From positions 15,996,001 through 16,060,000 of the forward strand of contig NC_073405.1 in NCBI RefSeq assembly GCF_028641065.1: a DNA stretch of 64,000 bases. Reading direction: 5' to 3'. Shown here piece by piece: positions 51,826 through 63,188 of the stretch (positions are counted from its first letter, which is position 1; each line of letters starts with the position of its first letter). Origin of the DNA: Leucoraja erinacea (taxonomy: Eukaryota). Both the position numbers and the translations under genes were made by a program. The notes beneath the pieces are model-generated. The model was not told where the DNA came from. It was given only the letters and a program-made list of their open reading frames with translations, and did no database searches.

Positions 51826-52314
51826 CCGCAGCTCCCGCTCGCCCTCGCTGATGCTGCCGCAGCGGTGGCCGCGGTGGCGTCCGATCAGCGTGCAGAGGGT
51901 GCAGACACACACGCCGTCGTCCTTGCAGTAGACGTCGAGCAGCTTCTCATGCTCAGCGCACTTCCAGGCGGACAGGTCGGCGGCCGTGTCGACCAGCGGG
52001 TGGCTGCGGAACACGCCGCTGCCTGTGTGCAGCTTGAGGTGAAGCGGGCACATCGAGGCCTCGCACTTGAGGCACGTCTTGACGGCAGCTTGCCTGGTGC
52101 GGCTGCAGTAGCTGCAGAGCACGGGGCCGGCAGCGGCTCCGGTACCGGACTCCAGGGCCCGGCACTCGGGGCAGCGGCCGTCGGTCGCCTCGGCCAGGCA
52201 GGAGCGGCAGAAGCGGTGCTTGCAGCCCAACACTACCGGGTCGGCGTAGACCTGCAGGCAGATGGGGCAGGTGGGCTCCTCGCCCGGCCACGGATGCGAT
52301 GCGGCAGTTGCCAT
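51826..52314 (-). CDS. TRIM gene exon 1: RING, B-box1 and B-box2 (TRIM25/TRIM16/finTRIM-like E3 ligase, 511 aa total)
   Basis: C3HC4 RING CPIC..CKHRFCRSC..CPEC. B-box1 CSYC..AVKTCLKCEASMCPLHLKLH..H. B-box2 CAEH..YCKDDGVCVCTLC..HRGH. Kozak GCCATGG, GTAGGT donor, CpG island. Confidence 0.95.
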
Positions 52315-53035
52315 GGCCGAGGCGGGATTTGCAATGGGCGGGATTGCACGTCGCGGCGGCTGGGTGCGGGCGGGCGGGCGGGCGGAGACGCCGCACTATC
52401 TCCGGCATCCGCTCATCTACAGAGGCGGATCGGTCCGTCAGACGCCCGGCGCTCCCGTCTCACAGCGTTGTTCCAGCGCTGCCTCCCCCTCCCTCTCCTC
52501 ATTCTAGTCACTCCAATCGCGGCTAATGCCTGGGATGAAAGCGTTGTCCTGTCACAAACGACTAAAGAAATCAGAGCTCAACTCTTTGGAGTTTAGGAGA
52601 ACGGAGGTGATCTTATTGAAGATTATTATTATTATTTATAAAGAGTGATCTTATTGGTCACATTTATCTTATCTTAGGTACACAAAAATGCTAGAGAAAC
52701 TCAGCGGGTGCAGCAGCATCTATGGAGCGAATGAAATGGGAAACGTTTCGGACCGAACGCCTTCTACAGACGGGTTATCTTGTCTTAATTGGTTCTTTAA
52801 ATTGCTCGGGTTGTAAAATGTTGGGATAATAAAAAATGGGATCAATGTAGGACAATGGGGTGAATGCTTGATGATCAACGAGATCCCAGAGGATGGAGTC
52901 AGGAATCCATGGAGGGAGAGAAGTTCTGTTTCTGTCTGCGTGATTCAATGATACAGTGAAAGGCACAAAGTGCTGGAGTAACGCAACAGGTGAAGCAGCT
53001 CTGGAGATGCTTGCCCAGTCTTCATCTTTATCAGA

Positions 53036-53475
53036 GAGGCCGTCTGGTCTGTTCTTCTCCGTGGATTGTCACCTTGTCGTGGTGGAGACGCTTGTGTGGG
53101 CCTGAGATCCTGAGAGCGATGCGGTCTGGAGCTATGCTCCTGGTAGGGCCACCCATGGCGGTAAGGTCGAGGGTTGAGGTCTCTACACACAAAGAGCAAT
53201 CCAACCAAGACCCCAACGGTGGAACAGGCGGAGGACGATGGCTGACGTTAGTGGAGCGTCACAACGGCTGGGAAGGCGGATGGATGCTGCAGTAGAAAAG
53301 GGTCACCGGTCGTCTTGGACTCCATACCACTGGATCCTGACCCAGATCTGTCAAGGACTGTGGGGTGGCTGTCTGTGCACCAGTCTCCCCACGTTAAATA
53401 AAGTCACGCACAGGCGTCATCCATATAGGGAATAACACCCTGGAGACACCTATGGTCAGCCATGACCGAAGGGGG
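53036..53475 (+). mobile_element. RTE-clade LINE 5' end (Expander/BovB-like 5' UTR)
   Basis: The blocks caccttgtcgtggtggag, cttgtg, gagctatgc and tagggccacccatggcgg..aggtc resemble RTE 5' termini as recalled. Confidence 0.65.
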
Positions 53476-53489
53476 GCCGAAGAAGAATG

Positions 53490-53800
53490 TCTGACCTTCC
53501 GTTTGGGGAGTCTGCACCCCGGGGGCATGAACATCGAATTCTCCCAATTTTGTTAGTCCTTGCTGTCTCCTCCCTTTCCTCAGCCCCCCTGCTGTCTCCT
53601 CCCATCCCCCAGCCTTCCGGCTACTCCTCATTTTCCCTTTCTTGTCCCCACCCACCCCCGCCCCCGATCAGTCTGAAGAAGGGTTTCGGCCCGAAACGTT
53701 GCCTATTTCCTTCGCTCCATATATGCTGCTGCACCCGCTGAGTTTCTCCAGCTTTTTTGTGTAACCTTCGATTCTCCAGCATCTGCAGTTCCCTCTTAAA
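53490..53800 (+). mobile_element. Young Penelope-like element 3' end with a hammerhead-like motif
   Basis: Endonuclease tail FRLGSLHPGGMNIEFSQFC*, then CTGAAGA-A-GGGTTTCGGCCC-GAAACGTT at 53673-53700. Confidence 0.85.
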
Positions 53801-54740
53801 CAAAGAATGTCTGACCTGTTGAGTTACTCCACCACTTTGTGTCCTTTTGTGTATTAACCGGCACCTGCAGTTCTTTGGTCTAATCGACGACACAGTGGTC
53901 TGACTAGCACCAGAGAGCGGGACACAGTGAGATAAAATCATGTTGCAGTGTGGGCTTGGTTTAAAACGCTGACATTCCATGCCTACTGAAGTACTTCGTA
54001 CACTATATCCTGGACACGGTGTTCACGCAAAGAGACAAGACCCAGAACGATGACTACCCAAGTTTCTGAAGGTCCAGTGGTGTAAAGGGGAAAGTTCAGA
54101 ATGGAGCCGCGGTTGAGTTGTAATGTGAAGCATGGTATGCTCAAGGATAAGGAAGAAGGGTCTCGACCCGAAACGTCACCCATTCATTCTCTCCAGAGAT
54201 GCTGCCTGTCCCGCTGAGGTACTCCAGCATTTTGTGTCTACCTTGTGCTCAATGACAACAAGATGGGAAGCCTTTAGAATGAAGCCATTATTTTATTAGC
54301 AACACACAAGTGGAGGAACGCAGCGGGTCAGGCAGCATCCGTGGAGGAAATGTTCAAACGACATTTTGGTTCGTGTCCCTTCTTCAGTTTCTGAATCCAT
54401 AGATGCTGCCTGACTCATTGAGTTCCTCCAGTGTTTTGCTTAAGATCCCTGCATCTGCAATTTCTTGTATTTCCGTTGGTTTTATTAGTTTTGTAACATT
54501 TAGGCACATTGTGGAAACTATGTGTATTTTCAGGTACAGTAGTAGGTGACCTATGGGTCCATGTGTAATATTGGGAGTTATAGTTGATGTTGCGAGATGT
54601 GGATGTAGGTGCCGCTGTGGAACAAACACACCGATGAGCCGGCGATGCGGTATCATCCGCTTCTGAACTACGTTCTCCTGGGCACAACCAACACTGCCTT
54701 TGGTCAGGGAATCTACACGACTGTCCACAACGACCCCCCT

Positions 54741-54771
<31 letters not shown>

Positions 54772-55751
54772 CATCCTCCGCCGTCCTACCGCCAACTGTT
54801 TGTCCCTGTCCTACATCTATCTTGGCTACTATCTTCACGTGGTGGAATTCACCTTTACCGTCCACCGTCCATGCTGGCCTCCACAGCCACGTCCACCACC
54901 AACACCTCCCGCAAGGATATTCCCACCGCCATGTCACTGCAGTGAATACGGAAAAATCCCAGGGATTTGAACAAGAACATTCCTGTTAACTGTCACGTTG
55001 AGAAAGGTGCGCTAATTAAGCCGCACCACAGCTTCACACCCGAGAAAATCACCTCTACGTGTACTACGTTGCAAATCTCTGAAGATGCTTGACAAAAATG
55101 GCCCATCAGAATCCCCAGCGGCGAACTCGCCCCTGTTCACGATGCGAATGATCACGCTGGTGACATGCATCTCCCATCCTACAATGTGGAGGCTACTGGT
55201 CTTCATCTGGTAGAGGGGAGTTGCTCTGTCCTTTCCCCTTTCCCTGGACCTCGGTGATATTATTGGTGCTCAGTGACATCCCCACCCGACCCATACCATG
55301 TACAGGGCGCCGCTTCTCGGACTTCCTGGGCTCATCAACATCTGCCTACCACCGCTCACCTGCCCCGTTCACTACCCACCACGCCTTTCTCTCACACTTC
55401 AACACATGTCAGCATCAATATCCAGTACACTTCGCTGCTTGAAGACGAGAGTAAGCAGGACAGAGCTGACATCGAGTCACAGAGCTATACTGCATAACAT
55501 CAGGCCTTTCGGCTCAACTTGGTCATGCTGACCAAATTGGTATCCTGGGCAAGTGAAAATCTCTGAACCAACCATCCTGAATGCAATGAACGTTAAACCA
55601 ACAGTTGTGCCCAAAGCAACGATGTTATACAAAATGGAAGACATTGTTCGCAATGGTATAAAGATCCGATGTATTTTAATACAATGGTGGGGATGCGGGA
55701 GGATTTGGGGAGAAAGAGGAATTGGAATTGAGTTATTGGAATATTGGGGAC

Positions 55752-56026
55752 GATCAGCCATGTTCACAATGAATGGCGGTGCTGGCACGAAAGGCCGAAT
55801 GGCCTCCTCCTGCACCTATTTTCTATGTTTCTATGGAATTGTACGGCTTTTGTTTTACATTATTGTGCTAAGGTGATCAGGGGGTATGGGAGAAGGCAGG
55901 TACGGGATACTGAGTTGGATGATCAGCCATGATCATATTGAATGGCGGTGCTGGCACGAAAGGCCGAACGGCCTCCTCCTGCATCCTATTTTCTATGTTT
56001 CTATGGAATTGTACGGCTTTTGTTTT
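55752..56026 (+). repeat. Local duplication of a CR1 tail plus its 3' flank (55752-55856 and 55921-56026)
   Basis: Both copies end tttctatgtttctatggaattgtacggcttttgtttt. Confidence 0.85.
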
Positions 56027-56029
56027 CCC

Positions 56030-56650
56030 GGAGTTTATCTCGCGTTGAATGGATTATACACTTGGAAGGAAGTTGTACGGAAAGACCATCCTCGCAAAAC
56101 GTACCCCCGGGTCACGTTCTCAATCAAATTGGGAGGCCCGACCAGATGAACCATCAGTAGTAAGGGGATCACTCCCTGAAAGTCGATACATCTGTGTGCA
56201 GCAGCCAGTGACATTACACTGTGTAGTCAATGTTGCAACGGCACACGACTGCAGACCCAAACATCCCATTGGGCTCAGACCCCTGCGGGTCCGCCCCCGG
56301 TAACTGGCGTGAATATAAAAGCTGGAACACCTGCAAGCCGCTGGAAAGAGGTGTGGTCGCTCACTGGAGAGAGGGAGTTGACGGTTGCTCGCTTGAGCAC
56401 GACTGCGTTGTAAGTATAGCATGACTTGTTCGGGGAATACTTTGCGACCAGTTTACTGACTCGCTGCGCTATGCACCTCTACCCCGTATTGTGGCTTCGT
56501 CTTATTTTAAGTGCAGTTCGTTTCCCCCTGCTGAAAGATATACTCTTCCGGCCGCTGTTGGACTCCACCGGCCTACTCTTGTCCGAGGTTGGGTTGTGGG
56601 GGCCGAGGAGCTGGTTTTAAATTCTGAAGGTGACCGTTACTTCGCTACAT
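56030..56650 (+). promoter_or_regulatory. Candidate promoter and non-coding first exon of the CTNS-like gene
   Basis: CpG-enriched unique DNA with a GC box at 56291, TATAAAA at 56314-56320 and a GTAAGT donor at 56410. Confidence 0.45.
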
Positions 56651-56869
56651 TATTAGCTCCACCTTTTATCCGGCATCTACTCTGGTATATTTCGTGTTGG
56701 TTGCATTGACTCGTGTGTTATAGACAATAGATTTAATTGTTGTAACGATCCATTTTTTAATTTTAGTGTTAATTGTTAGGCAGGTGAGGTAAATGGTATT
56801 GCGTACATTTTGTATTCAAAGCAATGTCATTGACTCAAGGGGAATGGTTACTTTGAAAGGGCATAGCAA

Positions 56870-58530
56870 CATTTGGCCCTTTGAGCAGCTCTGCCATTCA
56901 TTGTGATCATGGCTGATTGTCCCCAATCAATAACCCGTGCCTGCCTTCTCCCCATATCCCTTGATTCCACTAACCCCTAGAGCTCTATCTAACTATCTCT
57001 TAAATCCATCCAGTGACTTGGCCTCCACTGCCCTCTGTGGCAGGGAATTACACAAATTCACAGCTCTCTGGGTGAAAATGGTTTTCCCTCATCTCAGTCC
57101 TAGAAATATGGAAACGTAGCAAATAGGTGCAGGGGAGGCCATTTGGCTTTATTGTACCCCCTGGTTCTGGACTGATTGTCCTAACATTGTGCCTGCATAT
57201 CCCTTTCCCCTAGAGCTGCAATCTCCAATGGCTTGGCCTCCACTGCCCTCTGTGGCAGGGAATTCCACAAATTCATAATGTCTCTGGTGAAAATGTTTTT
57301 CTCATCAGTCTTAAATGGCTTCCCCTTTATTGTACCCCCTGGTTCTGGGCTTGCCTAACATTGGGAACATTGTTCCTGCCTAGCTTGTCCCCCTATGTCC
57401 CCCCCCCCCCCCCCCCCCTCCCATTGTCCTTCTAAACTCAAGTGAATACAACCCTAGTCTTTTCAATCTTTCCTCTTATGACAGTCCTGCCATCCCAGTG
57501 ATCAATCTTGTGAACCTATGTTGCACTGCCTCTATCACAAGGATGTCCTTCCTCAAATTAAGAGACCAAAACTGTACACAATACTCCAGATGTGGTCTCA
57601 CCAAAACCTTATACAACTGCAGAAGAACCTCTTTACTCCTATACTAAAATCCCCTTGTTATGAAGGCTAACAGTCCTAAATGGCCTACCCCTTATTCTTA
57701 AACTGTGACCCCTGGTTCTGGACCCTCCAGACATTGGGACAATTTTGCATCTAGCCTGCCCAATCCCTTAAGAATTTTATATTATGTGCAATGCCTTGCC
57801 AATTGTGCACCGAAGGTCAAGCAGGACTGTCTCATTATCTACACTTAAGGAAGAGCACAACTCCTTTTCACCTTCAAAGGACAACTGTTTGCTTTAGATG
57901 CCAGTCTACTTGTGTCATAAGAGATAGGAGTAGTATTGGGCCATTTGCCCCATGAAGTTACTTTGTCATTCAATCATGGCTGATCTATCTCTCCCTCCTA
58001 ATCTCCTGCCTTCTCCCATAACCTCTGACACCCGTACTAATCAAAAATTTATCTATCTCTGCCTTAAAGATACCCACTGATTTGGGCTCTACAGCCTTCT
58101 GTGACAAATAATTCCACAGGTTCACCACCTGCTAACTAAATACATTTCTCCTCATCTCCTTCCTAAAAGAATGTTCTTTAATTCTAAGGCAATGCCCTCT
58201 AGTCTTAGACTCTCCCACTAGTGGAAACATCCCCTCCACATCCACTCTATCCAAGCCTTTCACTATTCTGTAAGTTTCAATGAGGTCTCCCTCATTCTTC
58301 TAAACTCCAATGAGTACAGGCCCAGTGCTGACAAATGCTAATCATAGGTTTGCATACTCATTCCTGGGATCCTTTTTGGAAACCTCCTCTGGATCCTTGC
58401 CAGAGCCAGCCAAAATTGCTCAATATTCCAAATGTGGCCTTACCAGCGCCATAGAGTCTCAGCATTACATCCACGTTTTTTGTATACAAGCCCTCTTGAA
58501 GTAAATGCAAGCATTGAGTTTGCTTTCATG
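56870..58530 (-). mobile_element. Stack of reverse-oriented CR1 LINE fragments
   Basis: Several reverse CR1 tails and RT C-terminal remnants (KANSMLAFTSRGLVYK). Confidence 0.85.
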
Positions 58531-59301
58531 ATTGGGCTAGTCCCCAATCCCAACAGACCTGAAGCTAATAAACCAAAATTGAAAGGGTTATTGGCTAATG
58601 TCACATTTGATGCCACACAATTTAGTCGCATAAACTGCTTCGACCGAGTAAGTTGCTTTGCCACAGTGAGTTGTCTAATTGGCCTGTAACCACAATGCTA
58701 CACCTTGTTTGCCTGTGGTGATCTTGCCTTGTCTCAGTGCTGCCACTGACTGTCTTCCTCCACCAGTAGTGGTGTAGAATTGCTACATTACATTTTACAA
58801 AGGACACAAGCTGTAGATGTATACAGCACAATGTCACAATCACTTCAGTGTATCACTGTTTTTCATCACTGGGTCAAAATCCTGCAATTAACTTCATATC
58901 ACTTTTTAAAATATAAGTTTTCTCTTTCAACAAATCTGTCACTTGAAGTGAATGGAAATGCTGTTGCCACCCGAACTTGCAAATGGGGCTCCTTGTATTC
59001 AATCACCATGTCAACCAGTTTGAATGTTAAAGTTTTCAATAATTAAAATTCTTGGACAGTCAATTGGTAACAATTTTGTGTTGTGCCATTGCACATGGGC
59101 TTTTGGACAAGATTGAGGTTTGAATCAGCTGAGAACCACATTTTGGTTAACTTTACTTTGGTTAATCTTCTGGTCATCTTGGACATAGCAGTGAAAATGA
59201 ATGATGGAGGAAGTCTTCATTGGTTAGCAATCTCATTCTCCTAATGGGTGCAGAAAAGCTGGTTTTGATGTTTCTCCTTCTACAGGTCTACAGCCAGAGA
59301 T

Positions 59302-59362
59302 ATGAAGCTCCCAGTACCCATTGTGATCCTCTGTTGTAGTCTAGTCAACATGCTCAAAATTG
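59302..59362 (+). CDS. CTNS: Cystinosin-like, coding exon 1 (61 nt, signal peptide; the exon starts at 59286)
   Basis: Encodes MKLPVPIVILCCSLVNMLKI. Acceptor at 59285, GTAAGT donor. Same size and phase as the first human CTNS coding exon. Confidence 0.85.
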
Positions 59363-59644
59363 GTAAGTTTGCATCTGAGAAATGTTTTCAATGTGAAAAG
59401 TTTCCTTTTCCTGTCCTACCGCCACCAATTGCTGCACCGTACTGCTGCTTCAGTTTCCTGGCCTTAAAAATAAAGGTCTGCAACCTGGAAGCTTGGGTCC
59501 AGGGGAGTGATGAGCATTTTGTGACAATAATGCAATATTGCTGTGGAAATGATGTGCCATTTTGCACAATTGGAGGCTTCCATCAGTGTTTGGCCTCAAA
59601 GTAAGCCTTGAGTGGTAGACCTTGGAAATGAGACTTGCAATTTG

Positions 59645-59910
59645 TGGGTGGCAAGGTGGTGCAGTAGTAGAGTTGCTGTCTCGCAGCATCAGAGACCTGG
59701 GTTCAATCCAGACTACAGGTACATTCTCTTCATTGATTTTCACAGGGAGCTCTGATTTACTCCCACATTCGAAAGACCTACAAGTTTTTAGGTTAATTGG
59801 CTTCTGTAAATTGTCTTTGGTATGTAGGATAGTGCTAGTGTAGAGGGTGATCGCTGGTTGTTAGATTCGGTGGGCTAAAGGGACTGTTTCTACACTACCA
59901 CTAAACTGAA
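59645..59910 (+). mobile_element. HE1-type SINE, internally deleted
   Basis: Head ggtggcaaggtggtgcagtagtagagttgctg and the family tail. Confidence 0.8.
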
Positions 59911-59977
59911 TTTAATTTGGGGTGTGGATTGTAAATTACTTCTATCTGGAAAAAACAATGAACCTCTGTCTTTTCAG

Positions 59978-60056
59978 AAGCATCAGAGATATTGATTGTA
60001 CCAGAAGTTGTTAGTCTGACAGTTGACAGCATTCAGACAGTTAAAATTGTCATAAG
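59978..60056 (+). CDS. CTNS: Cystinosin-like, coding exon 2 (79 nt)
   Basis: Encodes (E)ASEILIVPEVVSLTVDSIQTVKIVI. CAG acceptor, GTAAGG donor. Confidence 0.88.
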
Positions 60057-60171
60057 GTAAGGCACCGTGCAATCTAATGGAAACTTGAACTTTGTTTAGT
60101 TTGGACCTTTTAAAGAAACTATGTTGATGCAATTTGTGCCCTAATAATTAGTCTATTTTTACCCTCTCCAG

Positions 60172-60256
60172 TGTTCCACTGCCAGAGGCTGTCGTCATCA
60201 GATTTTCTGTATTTTACTCATCTAAGCAAACTAATATTGTTGAGCTCCCAGAACAA
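60172..60256 (+). CDS. CTNS: Cystinosin-like, coding exon 3 (85 nt)
   Basis: Encodes (S)VPLPEAVVIRFSVFYSSKQTNIVELPEQ, which aligns to human [28 protein letters not shown]. Confidence 0.92.
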
Positions 60257-61019
60257 GTAAGTAAACATCTTTAAACTTGGAAACTATCAAGGCAAAAGGG
60301 GTTTGACTGTTGACTTGGATTCACATTGTCCTGTTTTTTTGTCTGCCAATTGCTTTCTCTGTAAACTGATTCCTTTTGTACTCCAGTGAGTTTGCTTATT
60401 TTGTTGTAAATCGTGTTCTGCAAAGGCATTGACCCACACTGGCTCGTGTGCTTGTATCTCATTTTCCAGACTTGCACACGTGTGTGTATTTCCTGCAATA
60501 GCAGGTTGTACCCTTTTCATTGCATGATTTTTTTCTTCCATATGCCATGTCACAAGTTCATAAGTGATGGGAGAAGAATTGGGCCATTCAGCCCATGGTC
60601 TACTCGACCATTCAATCATGGCTGGTCAATCTTTCCCTCTTAACCACATTCTCCTGCCCCTACCACCTGTACCAATCAACTATCTATCTCTGCCTTAAAA
60701 TATCCTGTTTTCAATTTACCTCCGTTTTAGCCAATTTAGTAGAACCTTATTTCTTCAGTCCAGTTTTTGATCTGGTCTTGAATGGCATTTTGCAAGATAA
60801 ATTGGTAATATTTGAATTCTTTTCTCGTGCTGAAATGAAGATCTTGACTTCAGGTTTTGAGTGTTCTGTGATAGTAATTTTGTGCACTTGTATTTGCTTT
60901 TAATTTCTAAACGTGCCCTGTGACACAATCACATGAATGGAACTTCAAAGCTATTATAATTTATTTCGCCCTGTTTTTGCCACTTACTAATGAAGACACT
61001 TTTGTTTCCATGCTCTTAG

Positions 61020-61123
61020 GTTCTATTACCCCAGTTTACAAGCTCTTCATCCTTCCCAGTTAAAGCAGTTGAAGTTGGACAAGTTAGCATTCACCTTCAG
61101 TCTAACAGCAGCAATCTGACCAG
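61020..61123 (+). CDS. CTNS: Cystinosin-like, coding exon 4 (104 nt), GC donor
   Basis: Encodes VLLPQFTSSSSFPVKAVEVGQVSIHLQSNSSNLT. Only the AG|GCATGT donor gives the phase-2 junction needed. Confidence 0.88.
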
Positions 61124-63050
61124 GCATGTATCTCTATAGAACAGACCATAAAGCAACTCAGTTTCTCCTGTTTTGCCTCATGTGTACCAATGATGGACTC
61201 CCATTGGAACATGAGTGTATCTATTCCTTCTGAACATGTCACTATGTGCTGATCTACATTATCTCAAATTACTGCCTTCAGCTTTAAATGTCTGTACAAT
61301 AATTTAACCAGATCCAGTTTGACTTCCAATTACCTACCTTCAAACCCAGATTCTTCTTTCCAATTGTTTGGGGGAAAGCAATATGCCTTTCTTGTCCATC
61401 CCTTCTCATGAAGAAAGAGCTGTTATCTTTGCTAATATTTTGGCTACGGGTTGGTTTGAGTCGGAACACAGATAAAACATTTGGCAGATAATATTTTCAA
61501 CTTCTGTGTAACTTGGTGATGCTAAATGCCTAAGTTTTGCTTCCACTAACTGAGTTCCTGGTTCCAGAGCGCCCCTTTAGCAGGGATTGTTAGCAATAAT
61601 TTCACGATGCCAGAATGAATGGATGTTTGACAAGGTATTGGACCATAGCTCTGCTGAGGTTTAATATACCTGTGTAATGACAGGAAGAGGGGTACACAGT
61701 GAAGCAGAGATGGTGCTTGTCCCGTTTTGTTGAAGCATATCAATTATGGCAGTCGTTTAAACATTAAGAAAAACTTCAAAAGACATTCTTTGAATGTGTC
61801 TGAACTTACCAATATGTCACTGCATTTGAGAAGAATTTAATGAGGGCACATGACCCAAATTGGCAAGGTGATTAGGTGTCTTGAATAGATGTTATATTGT
61901 ATAGAGCATGGAAATGGGCTCTTTGGCCCAACTAATTAATGCTGTCCAAGTTGGTATTCCAGGCTAGTCCCATTTGCTTGCATTTGGCCCATATCCTTTA
62001 ACTTTCCTATCCACATCTGTCCAAATGTATTTTGTAAATGTTAATTGTATCCACTTCTATAGATTCTGGCAGCTCCTTCCAGATACAGAATGGAGAAGTT
62101 GCCCTTGAGCTCCCTCTTGAATCTCTCCCCTCACTGTAAACCTGCAGCTGGGCACACAGTATTCCAAGAGTGGTCTCACCGATGACTTATTTGGTTGTGT
62201 CATGTCCCTGCTTTTGTGCTACATACCCTTCTCGATGCAAAACACTTTTACCACCCTGTTCACTTGACAGGAATTATGCACGTTCTGCAATTAAGCATGT
62301 TCTGTTCTACAACACTCTCCAGGGCTCTAGAATTTGCTATATAAATCCTGCCCAACATACCAAAGTGCAACACCTTACACATCAGTTAAATTCAATTTGC
62401 TTTTCCTTGGTTCCACTTGCCAAATGATCTGGATTCTGTTGTAGACCTGGACATTTTTTCTTGCTGTCCACCAGTTTTTATGTCATCTGCAAACATTGTT
62501 AACTGCAAGTAAAATGTGGTGGAACTTCTATTCCACTGGATGTGAAATACTTAATACAAAGCAGTGAGTTGGTGTAGTTAGTAGAACTGTTGCCTTGGAA
62601 CTTGAACAACCCTGACCTTGGGTTCTGTCTGTATGATATTTGTGTGTTCTCTCACTGGGATTCCTCAACATCCTAAAGATGAGTGGGTTATTTTTGTTGC
62701 CCCTAGAGTGTAGGTGAATAGTGGGGGGGGCTAGGGAGAGCAAGTTGTAGGCAGAATTAAGGAATGGGATTGCTCCGAGCTGGAAAATTTCATGGGCTAA
62801 AATGGTCTGCCAGCAATATAAAAATGAACATGTGCCAAAATGTTTCATGAATTAAGTTTGAAAGTAAGGCACAAACTCTAACCAATTAGGACATGACCAA
62901 GGCTTCACTTGGCTAAATTGAATAAGTAAAGCTTGTTCAAGAGTTAATTTCAATGCGCTTGTGTTTTGACACTAATAATTTACCAGCTAAATGTTACTTG
63001 CTTTGATATACTCCATTCTATCAACTGAAATGTTTATATTTGTTTTGTAG

Positions 63051-63188
63051 GGCTCCAACACACATTCATTTTCTGGTGGTGCACAGCCGTGTCCTGAAGA
63101 TTATAAATATGTTAATTGGTTGGATTTACTTCCTGGCATGGTCCATCTCTTTCTACCCCCAGGTTCTTGAAAACTGGAGACGTAAAAG
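63051..63188 (+). CDS. CTNS: Cystinosin-like, coding exon 5 (138 nt; TM1 and first PQ loop)
   Basis: Encodes [45 protein letters not shown](S). Confidence 0.95.

Noticed and set aside
51808-52596. 262-aa plus-strand ORF, and the 177-aa ORF at 38542-39075
   Set aside because: Antisense shadows of GC-rich TRIM exons with no domain signal.
52315-52620. Interferon-stimulated response element in the TRIM promoter
   Set aside because: No GAAANNGAAA-type motif was seen on either strand.
56108-56122. CLEAR/TFEB element upstream of the lysosomal CTNS-like gene
   Set aside because: GTCACGTTCT matches only part of GTCACGTGAC and lacks the CACGTG E-box, so it is too weak to call.
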